A stretch of 63,799 nucleotides of DNA, filler included, from Octopus bimaculoides (GCF_001194135.2; 6 parts of 5 records of this genome joined end to end with filler, not necessarily neighbours in it); one strand, 5' to 3'; counted from the first letter of the whole stretch, positions 38,715 through 51,530 are shown. Made by a program: numbers and translations. The notes: a model not told the origin generated them from the letters alone.

Positions 38715-39410
38715 AAAGTTGTAATGGAGTGTTATTTTAGAAGCAAGTCTGTGAACAAAAATGGTGTGCCAATTAGAGGATATAAACAAAGGATTCTACA
38801 AGTATGGCAGAAAATAAGGCTCTTTGAATCCATTGAACAGAGGATTTATGGGTAGGCAAGAGCAATACACAAAAACGGATGGTTATCTGAAATGGAGATT
38901 AAAATGATGAAGAAGACAAGCCGTGAGGGTGTGGAGGATATTGGAGTTCAGGATGTTGGAGATGGAAATAAAAATGAAAAATGGTGAAATTGAATATTTG
39001 AAAGGATGGGGGAAGTGACATTAACATCAGTGAACTGAAGAACATATCAGAAAAAGATAGACAGGTGATTACTGATATATCAAAGATCTCTAAATCAGGC
39101 TGAAAATACCTTAGTTAAATGAAGGTTGCATTGTTGTCAAGCGATCCCAAGTTAACTGGCAGGAGATTTGATTGAAAATGAGTGGAAAGCACAGAGAAAT
39201 GGTATGGTTACCAACCAGAAAGTGTTGCTGAAAACGAACAATATAAGATCTTGCAGGACATGACCATCTAGTGTGACAATTTCATTCTGATTAAAAAAAA
39301 CCTGACATTATTGTCATAGAAAAGATGAACCAAGCAATTATTGAGGATTTTGCTTCACTGCGGGACCACAGGGTGAATGAGAGAAGGAAAGCGAGAAAGT
39401 GAAGACAAAT
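38715..39410 (+). mobile_element. Internally deleted R4/Dong-like element (N-terminus joined to REL region)
   Basis: VMECYFRSK...RGYKQRILQVW...EQR...KNGWLSEMEI, then KWYGYQPESVAENEQYKIL...KPDIIVIE. Confidence 0.7.
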
Positions 39411-39495
39411 CAGGAGATGAAGTGGGAAACTCCTTTTATGAAATAGATGACATTTGTCTTCATGTAAAGAAAAGCAGTTAAGTGCCGAATATATG

Positions 39496-39549
<54 letters not shown>

Positions 39550-39599
39550 ACACAAGCACACATACACACACATACATACATACACACATACACATATAT

Positions 39600-39910
39600 A
39601 TAAAGGGTAAAGATCCCCTACAGTCATGAATGACCATGGGATTGAACTTAGAAAGTTCGCCTCCAAGGCACAAAACCAGGCAAGACTAGCAGTCACCCGT
39701 GCATACCAGCCTCCCTTCTCCATGCCACTGATGTTATCCAAGGGAAAGGTAAAGGCTGATACAGCTTGGCACCAGTGATGCTGCAATGAACTGGAGCAAC
39801 ATGAAATAAAGTGTCTTGCTCAAGAACACAACACACAACCTGGTCTGGAAATCAAACTCACTACCTCATGATTATGAGCCTGATGCTCTACCCACTGAGC
39901 CATGCACCTT
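39600..39910 (-). mobile_element. tRNA-derived SINE (family C-like)
   Basis: Minus strand head GGTGCATGGCTCAGTGGGTAGAGCATCAGGC...GAGTTTGATTTCC and CORE-like GTGTTCTTGAGCAAGACACTT. Confidence 0.75.
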
Positions 39911-40113
39911 TGCTTGCATACATACATACCTGCATTTACATACAGTTGTGTGCATGCACATGTAAACACATACATTCACTAACATACATATATGCACACA
40001 ACCAAACACACACACATGCCTACATACATACAAACATACTTGCATTCACACACAGACAAGTGCATGCATATATGCACATGCACACACACACATATATATA
40101 AATATATGTACAC

Positions 40114-40171
<58 letters not shown>

Positions 40172-40404
40172 TGTGTGTATGTGTGTGTGTGTGCGCATGT
40201 ATGTCTCCTGTTTCTGAAGAAGAGCTTTGCTCAAAATGTAAAACTACCTTTCTTTCCTTGCCTGAGTATCCGCTAATACTTTGTATGTACCACATCCTCG
40301 CATTGTTGTTTTTTTTAACTATATAGATGTATAGATGTATATATATGTATGTTTATATATGTGTGTGTGTGTGTGTTGTTTTGTAATCTTTATAGAATTT
40401 ACTT

Positions 40405-42524
40405 GATCAGAGAGAAAGCAAATAAGAAATTTGCCAATTTGTCATGAGGACCAGAGACTTGAAGTATTTCGAATTGCAGGACAGTGTATGAGAGTAAATC
40501 ATGATGTTATAGGAGAGAAATGTGTCCACGTGGATGATGGTTCACTTGCATTTAATGATGCTGCAAAAAAGAGACTTGAAGATGCCACTATGAAAGGTTG
40601 CTAAATGAAGAGAATGAATGGGAGAAGGAGAGTCTGCCAAATGTCGACCCAACAGAGGGACCAGCTATCTGAGTTGACAGTACCATGGTAGATAAAGCAA
40701 TTAAGAGTATGAAGACAGGGAAGGCCACCGGCCCATCAGGAATCACTACTGAGATGCTTACAATATCTGGGGTTGTAGGCTATGGTCTAGTCACCTGTAT
40801 AGTTAAGCAGATGATACACAAAGAAGTCATACCCAATGACTGTTGTAGCAGCACCATAGTCAACTGCTACAAAGGTAAAGGTGACGATTTAGATACAAAT
40901 AATTACAGAGGTATCAAGTTGTTGGGTCAGGTAATGAAAGTCACGGAGAGGGTCACAGCCCAACTAATTAGGGAGAGAGTCAGTTTAGATGAGATGCAGT
41001 TTGGGTTCGTGCCAAGGAGAAGCACCACTGATGCTATATTTCTGGTAAGGCAGCTGCAAGAGAAATACCTAGCCAAAGATAAATCTCTGTACCTGGCTTT
41101 TGTTGACATGGAGAAAGCCTTTGACAGGGTCAAATCCCTCATCTCATGGTCACTGCAGAAACTAGGGATAGATGAGTGGTTGGTGAGAGCTGTTCAAACT
41201 ATGTACAGGGATGCTGTCAGAGAGGTGAGGGTTGGCAACAAGTATAGCAAAGAATTCCAGGTAGAAGTAGGGGTTCACTAAGGATTAGTCCTCAGCCACC
41301 TCTTGTTCATCATAGTCTTCCAGGCAATAACAGAGGAATTAAAGACAGGCCGCCCCTAGGAGCTCTTCTATGCTGATGACCTTGCACTAATTGCTGAGTC
41401 ACTATCAGAACTAGAGAAGAAGTTCCAGGTGTAAAAGCAAGGTCTAGAATCGATGGGCCTTAGAGTTAACCTAGCAAAAACCAAAGTATTGGTAAGTAGG
41501 AAGGCTGTCAAATCACACATCCCTTCAGGTAGATGGCCCTGCTCAATCTGTAGAAAAGGCATAGGTAGAAATTCCACAAGATGTACTCAGTGTAAGCTAT
41601 GGACACATAAGAGGTGCAACAATATCAAAAGAAGGTTAACTGGTAAGATAGTTTTTGTGTGTGGCAGATGCACAGGTGCAATAAACACTGAAGATGTACA
41701 GAAAACAGATTCCATCACATGCCAGGGTGGGGGAAACTAGAAGTAGTTGAGAATTTTCATTACCTTGGTGACCAAGTCAGTAGCTGGAACAGATACTCTG
41801 AGAGTGTAGTGGCTAGAATAAGAATAGCCTGGGCAAAGTTCAGAGTGCTCCTACCACTGCTGGTAACAAAGGGTCTCTCACTCAGAGTGAAAGGTACACT
41901 GTGTGCTAACAGCCATGCTACACAACAGTGAAACATGGCTGTGACTGCTGCGGACATGCATAGTCTTGAAAGAAATGAAGCTAGTATGCTCCACTGGATG
42001 TATAATGTCAGTGTGCATACACGACAGAGTGTATGTGCCCTGAGAGAAAAGTTGGACATTAGAAGTATCAATTGTGGTGTGCAAGACAGATGATTGTGCT
42101 GGTATGGTCATGTGTTGCATATGGATGAAAACAGATGTGTGAGGAAGTGACACACCCTAACAGTGGAAGAGGTAGACCCAGGAAGACATGGGATGAGGTG
42201 GTGAAGCAGACCTTCAAACTTTGGGCCACACAGAGGCAGTGACAAGCTACAGAAACCTTTGAAGACCCAGTAAGCCAAGTGAGATCATAGTTGTAGCCAA
42301 TGTTAGTGTCACATAACTGACCCATTTAAAAGCACTCTTTAATCGTTGGGCTATATGCTGTGCTTGTGAAGACCTGTTGAACCGAGTGAAATCATAGTCA
42401 TGGCTGATGCCTGTGCCACCTGACTGGCACCTGTGCCGGTGGCATGTGAAAAGCACCATTCGAGCATGGCTGATACCAGTGCCGCCTGACTGGCTTCCAT
42501 GCTGGTGGCACGTAGAAGCACCCA
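40405..42524 (+). mobile_element. 5'-truncated RTE (BovB-like) LINE with PHD finger after the RT core
   Basis: GKATGPSGI, YKGKGD...NYRGIKLL, QFGFVPRRSTTDAIF, FVDMEKAFDRV, FYADDLALIAES, then C4HC3 finger, F.YLGD and GRPRKTW; several stops and frameshifts; runs into a gap. Confidence 0.92.
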
Positions 42525-42534
42525 NNNNNNNNNN

Positions 42535-42571
<37 letters not shown>

Positions 42572-42689
42572 ATGTATATAAATACTATAAAACATTACCA
42601 AACAAAAGACTTTGAAAACTGAGAAAAGACTTTGACAAGTGAGGTATTTGCTTAACCTCTTTAATGAAAATTATATATTTGCATCTTTT

Positions 42690-43073
42690 ATTTTGTACCA
42701 TTTATTTGATTGCAGCACAGTGGGGTACCACCTTGAGGAATTTTAGTTGGATGTTTCAACCTGTAACTATCACTTTCTTTTTCCTTGTAAGCCTGGTACT
42801 CTGTCAGTGTCTTTTTGCTGAACCGCTATGTTACAGGGACATGAAGCTATCAACACTGATTGTCAAGCAATAGTGAGGGGGACAAACACAGACACAAAAA
42901 CACACACGCATAGATATATACATACGTACCTATATACATTCCCAGCCACATGGTTCCAGGTTCAGTCCCACAGCGTGACACCGTCGGCAGATGTCTCCTA
43001 CTGTGGCTTTGAGCCAACCAAAGCCTTGTGGGTGGATTTGGTAGATGGAAACTGAAAGAAGCTTGTCGTATAT
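42690..43073. mobile_element. Family B SINE pieces (3' part on minus, head on plus)
   Basis: CCACATGGTTCCAGGTTCAGTCCCAC...AAAGCCTTGTGGGTGGATTTGGTAGATGGAAACTGAAAGAAGC matches 57644-57805. Confidence 0.7.
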
Positions 43074-43760
43074 NNNNNNNNNNNNNNNNNNNNNNNNNNN
43101 NNNNNNNNNNNNNNNNNNNNNNNNNNNNNNNNNNNNNNNNNNNNNNNNNNNNNNNNNNNNNNNNNNNNNNNNNNNNNNNNNNNNNNNNNNNNNNNNNNNN
43201 NNNNNNNNNNNNNNNNNNNNNNNNNNNNNNNNNNNNNNNNNNNNNNNNNNNNNNNNNNNNNNNNNNNNNNNNNNNNNNNNNNNNNNNNNNNNNNNNNNNN
43301 NNNNNNNNNNNNNNNNNNNNNNNNNNNNNNNNNNNNNNNNNNNNNNNNNNNNNNNNNNNNNNNNNNNNNNNNNNNNNNNNNNNNNNNNNNNNNNNNNNNN
43401 NNNNNNNNNNNNNNNNNNNNNNNNNNNNNNNNNNNNNNNNNNNNNNNNNNNNNNNNNNNNNNNNNNNNNNNNNNNNNNNNNNNNNNNNNNNNNNNNNNNN
43501 NNNNNNNNNNNNNNNNNNNNNNNNNNNNNNNNNNNNNNNNNNNNNNNNNNNNNNNNNNNNNNNNNNNNNNNNNNNNNNNNNNNNNNNNNNNNNNNNNNNN
43601 NNNNNNNNNNNNNNNNNNNNNNNNNNNNNNNNNNNNNNNNNNNNNNNNNNNNNNNNNNNNNNNNNNNNNNNNNNNNNNNNNNNNNNNNNNNNNNNNNNNN
43701 NNNNNNNNNNNNNNNNNNNNNNNNNNNNNNNNNNNNNNNNNNNNNNNNNNNNNNNNNNNN

Positions 43761-45410
43761 ACCGGTTTCGCTTCCGCTATTCATGATATTAAGGCTTACT
43801 TATTTGAATATGTATTTTCTTAAGAAGAAATTTTTGTCCATGTTGTGTGTGATGATACTTACGAGTGAATGACTTCACAAGTAGAAATATAAGGGAAGGT
43901 AATTGGTTATTGTTATTATTGTTATTGTTGTGGGCAAGGGAGATAACTGTTCAGCTTTCAGTAAGTAGAGGGGAATATATATACACCCCAAAAAAATTTT
44001 CAAAAAACTTGTTCAGTGAGGGGATTTATGTAGTGATGTAATCATGAATTGAAATATGTAAAAAGATAAAAGTTGGTTAAGCATGCATATTAAGACATGT
44101 TCTGTATTTTTCAATGAAAAGAGTTTCTTTATTTAAACTTTCTTGTGGAGAAATTGTCTTTGCACTGGTAGAAGGAGAAGACTGTGAAATTTGGTTTGCT
44201 GTTATCTGCACATTTTTCTATATGTTCACTGAGAGGAATTTGCCTGTATTGCAGGAAACGGATTTTCTCTTTATGCAGAGTAGTTTTCCTTCTTAAGGTC
44301 ATACTTGTCTGTCCAATATAGTTGTGTCCACAACCTGAGCAGGTTATTACATAAATTAGGTTCTCAGAGGCACAAATGAAACTAGTTTTAATTGTGAACC
44401 TCTGTTCTTGTTTGAAAAGGAAATCTAAGCCTTCAAGTAAGTTGGGGCAGGTTCCACAGTTTGGCCATCCACATTTTTTAACCATTGGTTTCGTGGTTGT
44501 TTTGTAAAGCTTCACATTTGTTAGCAGTCTCTTTAGTGATCTGTGTTGCTTTTTGCATTTGATGTCGTTCATTTTTGGATCTCTAGTTAGTAAAGGAAGA
44601 TTTTGCACAATAGTGTTGAATGCTTCACTGTTTCTGGGGTTGTGTGTTGATATAAATAGTAGTGTTTTGAGATGAGGTGTAGTATATGTTTTGTTGTTCT
44701 TAGTATTTTTATGTCTAATTTTTTGGCACGTTTAATTCCCTCATCTATAAGTGAGGGTGGATATTGTCTTTCAGTAAGTGCTGTTTTGAGGTCTTGAAGA
44801 CGAAGGTCCCGAGTAGTTCTATCAGACACTATTGTGCAAATCCTTTTTGCCAAATTGAAAGGGATATTCATTTTGGTGTGTTTTGGGTGGCATGAACTAA
44901 AGAGGCGATATTATTTTGAGTCAGTTGGTTTATAATGATGTCTAAAAATGGGAGCTGTNNNNNNNNNNNNNNNNNNNNNNNNNNNNNNNNNNNNNNNNNN
45001 NNNNNNNNNNNNNNNNNNNNNNNNNNNNNNNNNNNNNNNNNNNNNNNNNNNNNNNNNNNNNNNNNNNNNNNNNNNNNNNNNNNNNNNNNNNNNNNNNNNN
45101 NNNNNNNNNNNNNNNNNNNNNNNNNNNNNNNNNNNAAGGTCCCGAGTAGTTCTATCAGACACTATTGTGCAAATCCTTTTTGCCAAATTGAAAGGGATAT
45201 TCATTTTGGTGTGTTTTGGGTGGCATGAACTAAAGAGGCGATATTATTTTGAGTCAGTTGGTTTATAATGATGTCTAAAAATGGGAGCTGTTCTATCTGT
45301 GCCTCAGTTTATCTATATTCCATTGTGAATTGAATTTATATCCTTTAGTGTTGATTTGAAATCCAAAAGTTTGTCGATGTTCTCCTTCGAAATGATAAAG
45401 CAGTCATCCA
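43761..45410 (-). mobile_element. 5'-truncated Penelope-like element (RT C-terminal half + GIY-YIG endonuclease)
   Basis: Minus strand LDDCFII, EQLPFLDI, YKPTDS, SCHPKHTKMNIPFNLAKRICTIVSD, then CGTC and NLIYVITCSGCGHNYIGQT..LRRKTTLH (GIY-YIG). An internal gap carries a duplicated 156 bp. Confidence 0.9.
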
Positions 45411-45743
45411 GAATTGAGCTATAAACTCAAATTAGGGAATCATACCCATACAGTTATAAATTCGACTTAAAACGCACATGCATATAGTAATACATATTGA
45501 CACATATAAATATGTTTTTAAATATTTATAAAATATAAATATACCTAACAATACATGTAAATAAAACCCATGTGGGATATGTATGAAAGGAAGTGTGAGA
45601 AAAAGAGGACTGAAAAAATTTTTTGTACTAAAATTAAGAGTGGTTAAGAGTTTCAATTAAAAGATCCACAGACATCGATGTGTGTTTTTTTTTTAAATAT
45701 ATAAATGCTATACCAGGTATATAATACAGTTCAAGGAAGTCCA

Positions 45744-45838
45744 CTTTCTACGGCCGTTTCCAGAGTTCATGTCCTGGTAGAAAAATTAATAAAAAAATCT
45801 CACAAACCATGTGGACAATGTCCCCTTCATCAGGAAAG
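45744..45838 (-). ncRNA. Type I hammerhead-ribozyme-like motif in the left palindrome arm
   Basis: Minus strand CUUUC-CUGAUGA-(long stem II)-GAAA-CGGCCG-UA-GAAAG: intact cores, GUA triplet, perfect 5-bp stem I, palindromic stem III. Confidence 0.65.
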
Positions 45839-45878
45839 GTATCCTCATGAAATCACATTCTTAAAATTATGAGGATAC

Positions 45879-45972
45879 TTTTCTTAATGAAGGGGACATT
45901 GTCCTCACGGTTTGTAAGATGTCTTACAAATTTTTCTACCTGGACATTAACTCTGGAAACGGCCGTAGAAAG
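45879..45972 (+). ncRNA. Mutated hammerhead-like copy in the right palindrome arm
   Basis: UUUUC-UUAAUGA...GAAA-CGGCCG-UA-GAAAG; the CUGAUGA core carries two substitutions. Confidence 0.5.
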
Positions 45973-47117
45973 TAGACTTCCTTGAACTGTATTATATACT
46001 TGATATATCATTTATATATTTCTTAAAAAACACATCGATCTCTATGGATCTTTTAATTGAAACTCTTAACTGCTCTTAATTTTAGTACAAAAAAATTTTT
46101 AACAGTTCTCTTTTTGTCACACTTTCTTTCATGCGTTTTATTTACATGTATTTTTATGTATATATATATATATTTATATCTTATTAATATTTTTTTTTAA
46201 ATATTCATGTGTCAATATGAATTATTATATGTATGTGCATTTTAAGTTGAATGTATAACTGTATGAGTATGATTGCCTAATTTGAGTTTATAGCTTAATT
46301 CTTGTCTTTTGTCTTGGATTCAACCTGAGCATTTCTTAAGCAGTTCTATATTTTTCATAAGAAAGAACAATGATATTATATATTTATATTTATATATATA
46401 TATAAGATNNNNNNNNNNNNNNNNNNNNNNNNNNNNNNNNNNNNNNNNNNNNTTAATTAATTAANNNNNNNNNNNNNNNNNNNNNNNNNNNNNNNNNNNN
46501 NNNNNNNNGGAGAAGGCGGGAGAGGGAGAGAAAGGAAGAGAGGAAGAGAGGAAGAGGGAAGGTGAAGGAGAATGAGGGTGTGATAGATGGGTGGGGCCGG
46601 TGGGGGTGGGGGAGAATGTTGAGAGAACGAGGGAGATAATATGTGTGTAAAATAATATTTGCAATACAATGACAGTCAATGATAGTTTTCATCAAAATTC
46701 ACGGTTGTATGCTTTTGGACATCTTTGCTGCTGTTGGTTCTGTTTTTATTTTTGGCGGCCATGTTGTCGTTGTGTTTGTTGTTCTTATTATTGGTCGAGT
46801 GGAATTTATTTTTTTCTGTTCTTATATTATTGTTAATATCGTTTTTGTTATTGTTGATGTTATGTCTGTTGCTATTGTTCTAGCTTGTGTTGGTATTGTA
46901 GTAAATTTCTTGTCATTTTTATTGTTGTTAATATTGTAGTTGTGGTAGCTGTTGTTGTTGTTGTTTTTGTACTACGACCATCACCACCGACCAAGAAAAG
47001 ATCCAATATATTTGTAAGTAAATATTTATTATAAGAATTGGGCAGTTAATATCACGCAGTGACCAGCGGTCATCTAGGCTGAGAATAATCTGAGAAATGT
47101 TAAAAAAATGGTATTTT

Positions 47118-47250
47118 TGAGTGAGAGAGCAACGCATACCATCAAAGTGACACTGGGAAACAATTATACGAAGCCCAGTATACCCATCATGGCTACCCGT
47201 CTGATACGAGTACACCAGGCACATGCATCACATGGTGATCTCATATCAAG
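47118..47250 (-). mobile_element. Inverted copy of the 38576-38706 repeat
   Basis: GTGAGAGAGCAACGCATACCATCAAAGTGACACTGGG...GGTGATCTCATAT. Confidence 0.7.
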
Positions 47251-47879
47251 ACAGACAACACATGAACTTGCAGGTGGGGTCCAGTTAGGATTTTCTTGAA
47301 GCCGAGTATCTCATCCCGCTCAAAATGTCCCTGAATAAAGGTTATTTAAGGATGATGAACGAAACACCAATGTTTCCTGAGGTGAAATATTCAAATCCTA
47401 AAAAATTCCTCTCAACACATGGCTATGATGCTCTCCTCCTACTCGTGATCAGAGATGTATATATTGTCAGCCACTTAGGAACGTGCTCAACTGGTTAAGG
47501 CTAAGCAACTGCCAAGCAAATCTGCGGCATTGAGCAGAATATTTACTGTAGTCAATATTTTATACCAAGACTAAATATGTACATGACAACACTTCCAATC
47601 AGTTAAGATCATAAGCTATGACAGCCAGCGTCTGACATATATGTGTCATTATTCAGTTTTTATTTCAAAATTTCTTGCCTATAGAAAAAGAGCCGGTTTC
47701 TAACCTAGACCCAAGGCTCCTCTATTGGAATTTCGACAACACCAACAGAGTATTTTTGCATGTATGTATATGTGCAATATTTGGAATCAGCGCATGTGCA
47801 GATTTATATGTATGTATGTATATATGTATATGTATGTATTTTCGCGCATATACATGCATGTCTAGTCATGCATATATAT

Positions 47880-48312
47880 ACTTAAATGATAAAATTCTGG
47901 AAAGTTTTACAGATTTTTAACAGTTCCAGTGGTGACTTGGATCTGTAGTCTTCGAATCAGCATTCTCCTTTCTGGTTTTAGGAAGCCTTATTTCTCACGA
48001 TTGGCACTTAGACAGTGTGATACATATCCCAGTGCCTCAATAATTACAGGTATAAACCTGAACTTGTAATCTGGGTAGAGTAACTGAAGATTTCTCTATA
48101 ATTCAGCATAGGTATTTTCTTTTTAGCTGATCTTCAGCTTTATGTTAACATCTTCTGGGCAGCTGATTTCCACAACTGTAGTTTCTCTTCTCTGTCCCAA
48201 ATCATTATATCAAATCTATTGTGTTTACATTTCATTGAAGTTTTTACCGGGACATTCCACCAGTACTCCTTTTTATTATAAGTGGCTATGGCTTCTACCG
48301 TACTGTGAGTTC
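47880..48312 (-). mobile_element. R4/Dong-like REL endonuclease fragment (another family)
   Basis: Minus strand EYWWNVPVKTSMKCKHNRFDIMIWD...VVEISCP...YKFRFIPVIIEALG. Confidence 0.75.
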
Positions 48313-48317
48313 TTATT

Positions 48318-48735
48318 TCTTTTCCCGACTTTACGTTCTGAGTTCAAATTCCGCCGAAGTAGATTTTGCCTTTCGTCCTTTTGGGGGTTGATAAATAAGT
48401 ACCAGTTGTGTATTGGAGTCGATGTAATCGTCTTACTCTCTCTATCAAAATGTGCAACACTTAAAAAGGATTATTTCCGATATGTTAAATCTAAGTAGAA
48501 ATGAAAAATTAAGGTGGCGAGCTGGCGGAATCGTTAGCCCGTCGGGCGAAATGCTTAGCGGCATTTCGTCTGCCGTTACGTTCTGAGTTCAAATTCAGCC
48601 GAGGTCGACTTAACCTTTCATCCTTTCAGGGTCGATTAAATAAGTACCAGTTATGCACTGAAGTCGATGTAATCGACTTAGTCCCTTTGCCTGTCCCCTC
48701 TATGTTTAGCCCCTTGTGGGCAATAAAGAAATAAG
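48318..48735 (+). mobile_element. Two tandem family A SINEs (headless copy, then full copy from about 48510)
   Basis: AAGGTGGCGAGCTGGCGGAATCGTTAGC...GTTCTGAGTTCAAATTC...CCTTTCATCCTTTCAGGGTCGATTAAATAAGTACCAG. Confidence 0.88.
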
Positions 48736-48820
48736 AAATGGAAAATTAAGCGAGTTATCAGCTATTAAAGAGTGTATACGTCTTTTGAGACGCCCTGTAC
48801 AAACACGCACGCGCGCATAG

Positions 48821-48863
<43 letters not shown>

Positions 48864-49359
48864 TACACATAATTAACACACACGTACATGTGCACTTTGA
48901 ACCGACGACCTTGGTGCGTATTTCGAAAGTTCTGGTAAACTAAAAGAGTGTGATTGGAAATCTTAAAAGTCATATCTGAGAAGTAGAGAAGAAATGTGTT
49001 TCATATGGAGTTAGTGCGTCTAATTATCGATACCTACCTACCTACCTACCTACCTATCTATATTTCTATGTATGTGTGTGTGTATATATACACATGCACA
49101 CATAAACACATACATACACACATATATACTGCAGCCTCTGAGAATACAAACCTATTGTCAGCACTGAAGATGCTCACTATGCTGAGACGGACAGTCTGCT
49201 AATATAGAGGCGACCGAATGTTAACTAAATAATAAAATAAGAGAATATATAAATAAGAGAAAGATATTTCCTGTTTATAGCTTCATGAAGACTATGACAC
49301 ATTCTCCATATTCTTGTCTCACCTGCAGAAGTGGAATGATCACTCTCCATTAATATAAC

Positions 49360-49503
49360 TACATACATACATACATACATACATACATACATACATACAT
49401 ACACACATACATACTTTACTCATATACATAAATGTGCACGTAAATGTATATATGGGTACATATATAAACATATAATGTTCACCCAATACTTATGTGTGTA
49501 TGC

Positions 49504-49563
<60 letters not shown>

Positions 49564-49622
49564 ATGTTTGTATGCATGTACGTATGTATGCATGCATGTA
49601 TGTATGTGTCTATATGTGTGTG

Positions 49623-49667
<45 letters not shown>

Positions 49668-49800
49668 GGTTCAATGTATCACTTGTATATACATTGATAT
49701 ATACATTATATATGCACGTGAATCTGTACATATAAATATATATGATGTACTATATTCACACACACACACTCACATACATTGGGAAACAGAAAGAGAGAGG

Positions 49801-49831
<31 letters not shown>

Positions 49832-50134
49832 TGAGAGAGAGTGAGAGAGAGAGAGAGAGAGAGCAAGTTGGTAAATAGATAGACCAAAAGATAGATAGGT
49901 ACATAGATAAATAGATAGACGGATATACATTAACTTGCGCTTAAATATTTACCTACATGGTTATTTGCATATATGCAAATATATGTATAAGCATATATTT
50001 ATATGCATATAAATGTCATACTTACATATATANNNNNNNNNNNNNNNNNNNNNNNNNNNNNNNNNNNNNNNNNNNNNNNNNNNNNNNNNNNNNNNNNNNN
50101 NNNNNNNNNNNNNNNNNNNNNNNNNNNNNNNNNN

Positions 50135-50174
<40 letters not shown>

Positions 50175-50580
50175 CATATATATATATATATTTCTTCACA
50201 TTAACGTATGTGTATATGCACCAATCACTATATAGTTATATACATACACGTGCACACATGTGTATATATGTGCTTGTGTGTTAGTGAGTTTGTGAGTGCG
50301 GACATGTATGTGTGTTTGTGTATGTTTTTGTTTATAAACACACATAAAGAATATGTAATTTTCGGGAATTGCTTATCGATTGTTTAAGATGGCTTTTAAG
50401 TGATCAATGAAAAGAGGCCCAGCACTAAAACAACAATAACAATAACAGCAATAAATATAACAACTAGAAGCATAATAAGAACAAGAAATAAAATAAGAGT
50501 CAAATAAAGAAAAAGGAAACGCGAAGACCAATAATAACAATAAGAAGCACAACAAAGAAAACGAATGAAAAATAATTGTC

Positions 50581-50612
<32 letters not shown>

Positions 50613-50953
50613 AGAAGGGAGACAGGGGGAGGGAAGAAGAGAGAGAGAGAGAAGGAAAGTGAGAGATAGAACAGAGAAAAAAGAGAGAGAATGAGACAGA
50701 GTGTAAGAGAGAGTGAGAGAGAGAGAGAGGAAAAGAGAAAGAAGGAGAATGAGACAGAGGAAGAGTGATGGAGAGGGAGAAATGGAGAGAGAGAGAGATG
50801 GAGAGAAGAAGGGAGATGGAGAAAGAGAGGGAAGGAAAGAAAAAGAGAAAGAAAGAATGCGACAGAGTGTAAAAAGGAGAGGGAGAGCGAGGGGGTAGAC
50901 AAGGGTAGGGTGAGAGAAGAAGAAGGGAAGAAGAGTGAAGAAGAAGAAGAAGA

Positions 50954-50995
<42 letters not shown>

Positions 50996-51240
50996 AGGAA
51001 ACAGAGAGATAAAGAGGAAGAGTGGACAATACAGAAGCAGAAGAAACACAAAGATAAAACAAAACACACAACCAAAGGCAAAAACCCATCGAAGACAACA
51101 AACAAAAATACAAAAATAAATAAATATAAATTAAAGACAAACAAAACCAAAGCAAAAAACCCCAAAAAACCCCCCAAAAAACAGTAAAAACAACGGTTAA
51201 AAGTGTAAAGAAACGTAAAAGAAGAAATATAGAAGATAGT
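49360..51240. repeat. (TACA)n, (TA)n, (GA)n and A-rich low-complexity block
   Basis: Direct reading; source of the L/S/F-rich ORFs. Confidence 0.9.
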
Positions 51241-51488
51241 TTTGGCGTTGGTAATAAGTCTAAATTGAAGAATATTTCCAATGCCTCTGTAGAAAGACGT
51301 GTTAATGGGCAAAGCAGAAATGGAGGGTGTGTGTCCGAATAATGGACTTATATTATTATTGCACTGGTCAATTGACGGTCAAATATAAAGGGAAACAACT
51401 CAAGCAGAGAACATCTCTTTTCCAGACACACAAGAATTGCTGAACGGTTTTATTGGTCATGGCGTCTCTAACGAGGTGGGTGGGCGGC

Positions 51489-51489
<1 letters not shown>

Positions 51490-51530
<41 letters not shown>

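Larger units (their letters stand above)
45410..46302. repeat. ~890-bp imperfect palindrome (about 435-bp arms, about 20-nt spacer at 45849-45868)
   Basis: Arm matches are continuous from AGAATTGAGCTATAAACTCAAATTAGG to GGTATCCTCAT against ATGAGGATAC to CCTAATTTGAGTTTATAGCTTAATTCT; roughly 85% identity by eye. Confidence 0.95.

Noticed and set aside
44803-45291. Identical 156-bp direct repeat (44803-44958 and 45136-45291)
   Set aside because: The copies sit on either side of an N gap; most likely unmerged overlapping contig ends.
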